From the NCBI GenBank assembly GCA_030638735.1, contig DAOWEB010000404.1:1-39942 (forward strand): a stretch of 39,942 bases of DNA, read 5' to 3'. Source of the DNA: Spirochaetaceae bacterium. Lineage in GTDB: Bacteria > Spirochaetota > Spirochaetia > B11-G9. This document shows, piece after piece, positions 34,718 through 39,942 of the stretch (its first letter is position 1; every line of letters starts with the position of its first letter). The position numbers and the translations under genes are program-made. The notes under the pieces are model-generated. The model saw only the letters and a list, made by a program, of their open reading frames with translations, had not been told where the DNA came from and made no database searches.

Positions 34718-34739
34718 ATCAGACCAGATCTGGTCTGAT
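34718..34739. promoter_or_regulatory. 22-bp perfect palindrome, a candidate TA operator
   Basis: ATCAGACCAGA/TCTGGTCTGAT lies between the candidate -10 and the GGAGG SD (34741..34745) of the antitoxin gene. Confidence 0.5.
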
Positions 34740-34751
34740 TGGAGGCTTTGT

Positions 34752-34985
34752 ATGATAGTGAATACCATAACTGAAGCAAAAGCACATTTTTCTGCACTTA
34801 TAGAGAAGGTTCTTGAAGGTGAGGAAGTAATTATAAAAAAAGCAGGTAAGCCAGTTGCTGTTTTGGGGAAATACCCTGGCAAAAAAGTAGAACGTATTCC
34901 TGGAGGTTTAAAAGGGAAAATTAGAATTGCTGATGATTTTGACAGCCTTCCTGACAATCTGGCTGAATCATTTGGAATGATATAG
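34752..34985 (+). CDS. Type II antitoxin, Phd/YefM (prevent-host-death) family
   Basis: The preferred start is ATG 34752 (GGAGG 6 nt upstream), inside tracked ORF 34680..34985. MIVNTITEAKAHFSALIEKVLEGEEVIIKKAGKPVAVL is the classic Phd/YefM N-terminus. The C-terminal DDFDSLPDNLAESF tail is typical of antitoxins paired with PIN toxins. Confidence 0.8.
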   Translation: MIVNTITEAKAHFSALIEKVLEGEEVIIKKAGKPVAVLGKYPGKKVERIPGGLKGKIRIADDFDSLPDNLAESFGMI

Positions 34986-34989
34986 ACTT

Positions 34990-35367
34990 ATGAATCTTAT
35001 TCTTGATACCCATATAATTTTATGGTGGTTGGATGACAATAATTTGCTTCCTCAAAAATATCGTCTGGCTATTGCTGATAAAAATAATATTTGTTTTATA
35101 AGTGCAGCATCCATTTGGGAAATAAGTATAAAAAGTGCTATTGGAAAACTGGATATCCCTGATAATTACCTGGAAGTTCTCCTCGATCAGAATTTTAGGG
35201 AGCTTCCTATTTCCTGGCAGCATGCTGGGAAGGTATCTCATTTGCCCATGTACCATAAGGATCCTTTTGATCGTTTATTAATTGCACAGGCAATTGTTGA
35301 CAATTTGACACTTCTTTCAGTCGATAAAGTTATTTCTAAGTATGATGTGGATATTCTTGTAGTATGA
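34990..35367 (+). CDS. vapC: Type II toxin, PIN-domain (VapC family) ribonuclease
   Basis: 125-aa ORF starting 4 nt after the antitoxin. LILDTHIILWW, SIWEISIK and DPFDRLLIAQA supply the conserved acidic PIN residues. Confidence 0.85.
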   Translation: MNLILDTHIILWWLDDNNLLPQKYRLAIADKNNICFISAASIWEISIKSAIGKLDIPDNYLEVLLDQNFRELPISWQHAGKVSHLPMYHKDPFDRLLIAQAIVDNLTLLSVDKVISKYDVDILVV

Positions 35368-36200
35368 AATATAATCTGGTGCCGTCTAATAAAACTGAAG
35401 ATTCTGATCTCAAATATATCTATATTCTTCCATCTTCTTTTGAAGGTTCAGAATATTCAATTGCATATCCGGATTGCAAAGCTGAAGATATTCTTGCACA
35501 AAAAATTAGTATTCGGATATTTGATGGATGCTCTCCGAAAGCAATAACTGATATCGAAAGTACGTTAAAAGAGGTACTTAAGAAAAAACAACTGAAGTAT
35601 ATAGAACGATTAAATACACTCTTTACAGCAGGAGTAGGAGTTTTTATTCTGGGAATTATTAATTGGGTTATTCCAGATCCACTGCCTCTTGTAGATGAAT
35701 TATTATTTACGGTAGGTGGTGGTATTGCAGCGTGGAAGGCCTGGAAAGATCGAAAGGTAAAACTTCCTGCACTTGTGGAACAAACGTTTCGGTACGGTTA
35801 TGATGGAATAAGACCGGAAGATAAAACAGATAGTTTTCTTACTTTAATATTCAAATCTATAAGGTGTAAAATTGATCCTCTTTCTGCAGGAGAAAAAATT
35901 GATGGTATGGATTCTATAGAGATTGAATCACTATGGATGACAAAATACTTAAATATTCAGGATCTTCCTGCTTTAGTAAAATCCGGTAATTATGATCTTA
36001 AAGATCTGATACAGGTTGTTGAGAGGATATTCCCTGTTAAAAAACTGATTAAGCTGGAAGCTAAAAAACAGCGTGGGGATATTAGAGAAAGGTTAAAAAA
36101 TCTTAAACAGGAAACTATTAGGAAAACTGGAGTAAGTAATGATGCTTTGGTAGTTTTTGTAGAGTTTTACAGAATCTTTAGTAACTATTCAGAGGAATAA
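35364..36200 (+). CDS. Hypothetical two-TM membrane protein, translationally coupled to vapC
   Basis: 278-aa ORF whose ATG overlaps the vapC TGA (ATGA at 35364..35367). Predicted TM hairpin: LFTAGVGVFILGIINWVI / LLFTVGGGIAAWKAW, linked by PDPLPLVDE. The C-terminus is charged and coiled-coil-like. I recognise no family. Confidence 0.5.
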   Translation: MKYNLVPSNKTEDSDLKYIYILPSSFEGSEYSIAYPDCKAEDILAQKISIRIFDGCSPKAITDIESTLKEVLKKKQLKYIERLNTLFTAGVGVFILGIINWVIPDPLPLVDELLFTVGGGIAAWKAWKDRKVKLPALVEQTFRYGYDGIRPEDKTDSFLTLIFKSIRCKIDPLSAGEKIDGMDSIEIESLWMTKYLNIQDLPALVKSGNYDLKDLIQVVERIFPVKKLIKLEAKKQRGDIRERLKNLKQETIRKTGVSNDALVVFVEFYRIFSNYSEE

Positions 36201-36201
36201 C

Positions 36202-37572
36202 TTAATTCTGCTGCAGTCTTTTACTTAAAGCTTGTTTTGATATTCCCAATATCCGTGCAGCTGAGGTCTGATTTCCATTACTACGTTTCATTGCCTCTTT
36301 AATTAGTAATTCTGTTGTCTGTTTTAGGGTTGGTAAAGTTTGTGAACCTGATAAAAGTAGATTCTCTCTAAAACTTTCAACTGTTGAGTTATCTTCCAGG
36401 TTCAATTTTTTTTGTATTATCTTCAAAAGAGATTCCTCTATAACACTCCTTCTGGCAGAATCAATTAGTAGTGCTATTAATTCTCTTATATTACCGGGGA
36501 AATCATATAATGTAAGAAGAGATATGATTTCAGATGTATAAGGTATTCCAGTATCAATTAAGAAGTGATCTACTAATAAGGAAAGATCTTCCCTCCTTTC
36601 CCGAAGTGGGGGTATGGTTATTGAGTGTGTATCTAATCTGTAAAATAGATCTCTGCGAAAAGCACCGCATTCCACCATTTCTTCCATATTTCTATTTGTT
36701 ATTGCAATAATTCTGGCATCTGACTTTTGAGGGATATCTGATCCAAGAGCATAATATTCACCGTTATCTATGAGTCTTAATAGTTTTACCTGTGATTCTT
36801 TTGAAAGATCTCCTATTTCATCAAGTAAAATGGTCCCACCCTTAGCCTGCTGTAATAAACCCTGCCGTGCATCCATAGCTCCGGTATATGCTCCCTTCCG
36901 ATGCCCAAATAAAGTATCAGAAAATGTTAAATCATCAATTCCGGCAACGTTGACTGCAATATACTCGCCTTTATTATTCCCGGCAGAATGGATTGCATTT
37001 GCAAATAATTCTTTACCAACACCTGTTTCTCCTGTAATCAATACAGGTTCCGATGAATCTGCAATCAACTCGGCATAGGAAAATAATTGCTGCATCTGTT
37101 TGTTTCCGGTTATAATATTAGAAAAAACTTCAGGATGTTTTAATTGATTTGTTAGCAGGTAACTTCTTAGTTCTCTATTTTCATTCTTAAGCATGCGATG
37201 CTCAATAGCTCTTTTAACTCCGCTTATTAATCTGCTTTTTTCGACTGATTTTACCATATAATCAAAAGCGCCATCTTTCATACATTCTACTGCTTTTGTT
37301 ATGTCATTGGTTCCTGTAATAATAATAACAGGTAAATCAGGATAATTTTCAGAAATAAATTTAAGTATTTCCCGACCTGATATTTCCGGCATGGTTAAAT
37401 CCAGTAAGACAACGTCTATTGCCTGTTCCAACATAATATGTTTTACATCCCGACTTTCAGATATACAAATAATATTATTAATACCTTCAGATTGAAGAAT
37501 TGTTTTTTGTCCATCCAGGATTGCTATTTCATCATCAATAATTAATACCGGATTTTTGGGGAATAGTTTCAT
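36202..37572 (-). CDS. Sigma-54-dependent response regulator (NtrC family: REC, AAA+, Fis-type HTH)
   Basis: 456-aa ORF. REC shows VLIIDDE...VLLDLTMP. The AAA+ domain shows GETGVGKE, GAYTGA and TILLDEIG, plus RxDLFYRL. The C-terminal HTH is AARILGISKQALSKRL. Confidence 0.9.
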   Translation of the reverse strand: MKLFPKNPVLIIDDEIAILDGQKTILQSEGINNIICISESRDVKHIMLEQAIDVVLLDLTMPEISGREILKFISENYPDLPVIIITGTNDITKAVECMKDGAFDYMVKSVEKSRLISGVKRAIEHRMLKNENRELRSYLLTNQLKHPEVFSNIITGNKQMQQLFSYAELIADSSEPVLITGETGVGKELFANAIHSAGNNKGEYIAVNVAGIDDLTFSDTLFGHRKGAYTGAMDARQGLLQQAKGGTILLDEIGDLSKESQVKLLRLIDNGEYYALGSDIPQKSDARIIAITNRNMEEMVECGAFRRDLFYRLDTHSITIPPLRERREDLSLLVDHFLIDTGIPYTSEIISLLTLYDFPGNIRELIALLIDSARRSVIEESLLKIIQKKLNLEDNSTVESFRENLLLSGSQTLPTLKQTTELLIKEAMKRSNGNQTSAARILGISKQALSKRLQQN

Positions 37573-39942
37573 AGGGTCAATATTTCCTTTTCTGTTATAG
37601 GTAAAGAGATAATTACAGCAGTACCTGTATTCTTATTTTGGATAAACTCTAATGTACCATTATGCAGTTTAATAATTTCTTCAGAAATTGATAATCCAAG
37701 TCCCATACTTCCTTTTGTGGAGAAGAATGGTTTGCTGATCTGTTCAAAATGATCGGTTATAATCCCAGTGCCCTGGTCAATTATTTTTATCTGTACCTGA
37801 TAGTCTGTTTTCTTGTAACAGGATTCAATATATAAGCTACTGGTTTTGTCAGGTAATGCCTGACAGGCGTTTATTATCAGATTCATTAGTACCTGCTGCA
37901 ACTTCTGGTTATGCCCTAGTACCAACGGAAGATTGTCTTGAAGCTGCATTGAAAAATTGTCTGTAGCTTTTTCAATAAATCCTGTACACATCATTACTGT
38001 AGATTTAATGAGGGGGTTTATTTGCAGCTTAGTCATTGGTTTTTCAGGTTCCCGTCGGGTGTAATTTTTTAATTCCTTTATAACACCGTCTATTTGTCTT
38101 GAACAATTAAGAATAGTATCAATAACCTGGGAGAATTTTCCTCTGAACTCATTAAAGGAAAGTCCATTTATCTGTACTCCTTCCAGATCTGACGAATATT
38201 CTTCAAGTAAGGTAAATATATCTGTTTTGCTGCTTGCCAGAAACTCTGAATTAAGCTGAATGGCGTAATTGGGGTTGCTTATTTCATGAGTTATAGATGC
38301 TGCCAGGATACCTAGTGATGCCAATTTTTCCGACTGGATAAGCTGTTGAAACTGATCCTGATTTTGCAGCTCTTTTTTTTGCAGGTTGGAATAGCTCTGC
38401 TGCAGAGATTCATACAGTCGGGAATTTTCCAGTGAGATAGCAATTTGCCCTGCCAGTAGTTTTAATACTTCCAGTCGTTCAGAGGAAAAAATACCAGGTG
38501 ACAGATTATTTTCCAGATAAATACATCCGATCATTTTATCCATATGGAGAAGGGGCAGGCAGAGGACAGACATGACCTTGTTATCTTGAATATACTTTGT
38601 GTTGGAATACTCAATACTTATCCCTGCGTTATGGATAATGAGTGCTTTTTTACTTCTTCCTGTATAATCTAAAATATTTTGTGGATAAATTTTATCATCA
38701 TTTGTATACGGAATAGGATCCAGTTCTATCTGATAGTCTTGGTTTTTAAAGGTAGCTATAGCTTTTAATTGAAAATTTGTCTGAGGGTCTGTAAAAAATA
38801 ATAATCCTCTTTGAGCTCCGCTGTTTTGTATTACTATTTTCAAAACGGTATTAATTAAATCCCTTAATACTATTTCTTTTGAAATGGCCTGGGAAGCAGA
38901 TATAACACTTGCAACATCAACAATTCTGGAAACATGCTCTGCTATATTTTCTGAGATAGTCATGTTTTTTGGAATATCCTGAAGGAAAGGATATTTCTCT
39001 TTAAGATGGTCCACTTTTCTCAAGGCACCCCATTTTAGGTAGCAGTCATATGCAAGAGAAATGTATGCTTTAGCTACAATTTCTTTCTCCCTGTCAAAAT
39101 AAAATTCACCGGCGCATTCACTGGCAAGAGCTTCATCCTGAATAAACCCGTTTTCTGCAGCGTATTTAATGGACAGATCATAATTTAAAATTGCAATAGT
39201 ATCTTTCTTTCTGTATCTGGCCAGTTCTGCTTTAATAAGAAATACCCTATGACTGTGATTAGCAGGGGCATGTTTTGTAAAACCCGACAGCAGTTTATAC
39301 TTTTCGTTTATTATTTTTAATTGTTTTTTGGCTGTTAATTTATTTAATAATTTTATATGACTTAATGCAGTAAACCAAATAAGCCAGATATATGTAAATT
39401 GACCAAGAAGTCCTCTTTCATACTTTTCTGCTTTTTTAGAATAAATAAGGGCTGTTTCAAAATCATCATAATAATAGTGTATCATCAACTTAAATACATA
39501 TAAAGATGCTATGGCACTATGATCCTTCGCTAATTTGCACTTTTCAAGTATCTCTGTTTCATCCATCTCTTTATCTGAAAGAGAGAATTTGCTATCAGTT
39601 TTATTACTAAGATTCTTTATTATACTGGATGTTCGAATTACAGAATTTAAACTGGAATTAAATCCAAGATTCTTTCTAAATGCTAGTTGTTCCTTTTTTT
39701 CATATTCCAACACTTGCAGGTTCTTTCCACTGGCAAAATCCAGAAGCTGCAATACATTTTGGGACAACACTGCATATTCAAAATCACCATTCTCCAGGCC
39801 AATTGTTTGCCCTTCCTTTACAGTCGCTATACTGATCCCAATAGGTTCAACCCAGTGCTGAATAAATCCTCCGTAAATCATATAAACTTTTGATTGGAGG
39901 GGAATAGTACCTGCACATAGCTTCATTCCCATACGACCAAAT
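37569..39942 (-). CDS. Large sensor histidine kinase (TPR-like region, GAF, HisKA, HATPase_c). The N-terminus lies beyond the window end
   Basis: The ORF is open to the window edge (...FGR precedes the tracked Met at 39932). It has a GAF-like block (VLCLPLLHMDKMIGCIYLEN), an H-box LAASITHEISNP and ATPase boxes (NLIINACQA, DQGTGI, GLGLSI). Its stop overlaps the regulator start (ATGA). Confidence 0.85.
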   Translation of the reverse strand, partial: FGRMGMKLCAGTIPLQSKVYMIYGGFIQHWVEPIGISIATVKEGQTIGLENGDFEYAVLSQNVLQLLDFASGKNLQVLEYEKKEQLAFRKNLGFNSSLNSVIRTSSIIKNLSNKTDSKFSLSDKEMDETEILEKCKLAKDHSAIASLYVFKLMIHYYYDDFETALIYSKKAEKYERGLLGQFTYIWLIWFTALSHIKLLNKLTAKKQLKIINEKYKLLSGFTKHAPANHSHRVFLIKAELARYRKKDTIAILNYDLSIKYAAENGFIQDEALASECAGEFYFDREKEIVAKAYISLAYDCYLKWGALRKVDHLKEKYPFLQDIPKNMTISENIAEHVSRIVDVASVISASQAISKEIVLRDLINTVLKIVIQNSGAQRGLLFFTDPQTNFQLKAIATFKNQDYQIELDPIPYTNDDKIYPQNILDYTGRSKKALIIHNAGISIEYSNTKYIQDNKVMSVLCLPLLHMDKMIGCIYLENNLSPGIFSSERLEVLKLLAGQIAISLENSRLYESLQQSYSNLQKKELQNQDQFQQLIQSEKLASLGILAASITHEISNPNYAIQLNSEFLASSKTDIFTLLEEYSSDLEGVQINGLSFNEFRGKFSQVIDTILNCSRQIDGVIKELKNYTRREPEKPMTKLQINPLIKSTVMMCTGFIEKATDNFSMQLQDNLPLVLGHNQKLQQVLMNLIINACQALPDKTSSLYIESCYKKTDYQVQIKIIDQGTGIITDHFEQISKPFFSTKGSMGLGLSISEEIIKLHNGTLEFIQNKNTGTAVIISLPITEKEILTL

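Noticed and set aside
34680-34751. Upstream extension of the antitoxin ORF (MLIFFDLKCIFIRSDQIWSDWRLC).
   Set aside because: It would translate through the candidate promoter and the 22-bp operator palindrome. ATG 34752 has a GGAGG SD at ideal spacing and gives the canonical Phd/YefM N-terminus.
34210-34957. Tracked minus-strand ORFs 34210..34422 (70 aa) and 34616..34957 (113 aa).
   Set aside because: The first spans the btuF start and the riboswitch expression platform. The second runs antisense through the antitoxin gene and the REP-like hairpin, giving the typical spurious VGAGRNPPLL peptide. Both regions are better explained by the features already called.
39844-39853. GGTTCAACCC resembles a tRNA T-loop.
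   Set aside because: It lies inside the kinase coding region, and no acceptor, D-arm or anticodon-arm pairing can be drawn around it.

Overview
This is an AT-rich window (roughly one-third GC by eye). It is densely coding and mostly housekeeping. The gene content fits a spirochaete-like bacterium: archaeal-type PheRS, a BMP/PnrA-type nucleoside ABC transporter and a non-canonical EF-G paralogue. That taxon call is an inference.

Gene content in order:
- A degenerate IS200/RAYT-like transposase fragment at the left edge.
- A nucleoside-salvage locus: pyrimidine-nucleoside phosphorylase, a BMP binding protein plus ABC ATPase and two permeases, and a punA carrying an in-frame TAA. A large OmpA-family protein made of tandem Ig-like modules interrupts this locus.
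- A DUF985-like cupin and an SDR.
- Archaeal/eukaryotic-type pheS and pheT, followed by an adenosine-specific-kinase-like gene.
- A dual-receiver protein and a hybrid histidine kinase.
- A minus-strand cluster with no recognisable enzyme: a GAF-like protein, a membrane-anchored HEAT-repeat protein and two DUF4230-like proteins.
- An EF-G paralogue followed by a KaiC/RecA-like P-loop gene.
- A minus-strand corrinoid uptake and salvage operon controlled by a cobalamin riboswitch: btuFCD-like, cobU, cobS, a cobD-cbiP fusion and cbiB.
- A Phd/VapC toxin-antitoxin pair with a translationally coupled third gene encoding a membrane protein.
- A sigma-54 response regulator and its large sensor kinase, which runs off the right edge.

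No rRNA, tRNA or CRISPR array was seen.

Best candidates for undescribed biology:
1. The three-gene TA-plus-membrane-protein module (34.7-36.2 kb).
2. The GAF / HEAT / 2x DUF4230 envelope cluster (19.2-23.6 kb), together with the GC-rich direct-repeat insertion inside it.
3. The CobD-CbiP fusion, whose conserved N-terminus can only be translated from a CTG that overlaps the cobS stop codon.
4. GC-rich GTAG-headed REP-like palindromes, together with the RAYT-like relic.

All functional calls rest on motif recognition by eye. No database search was run.
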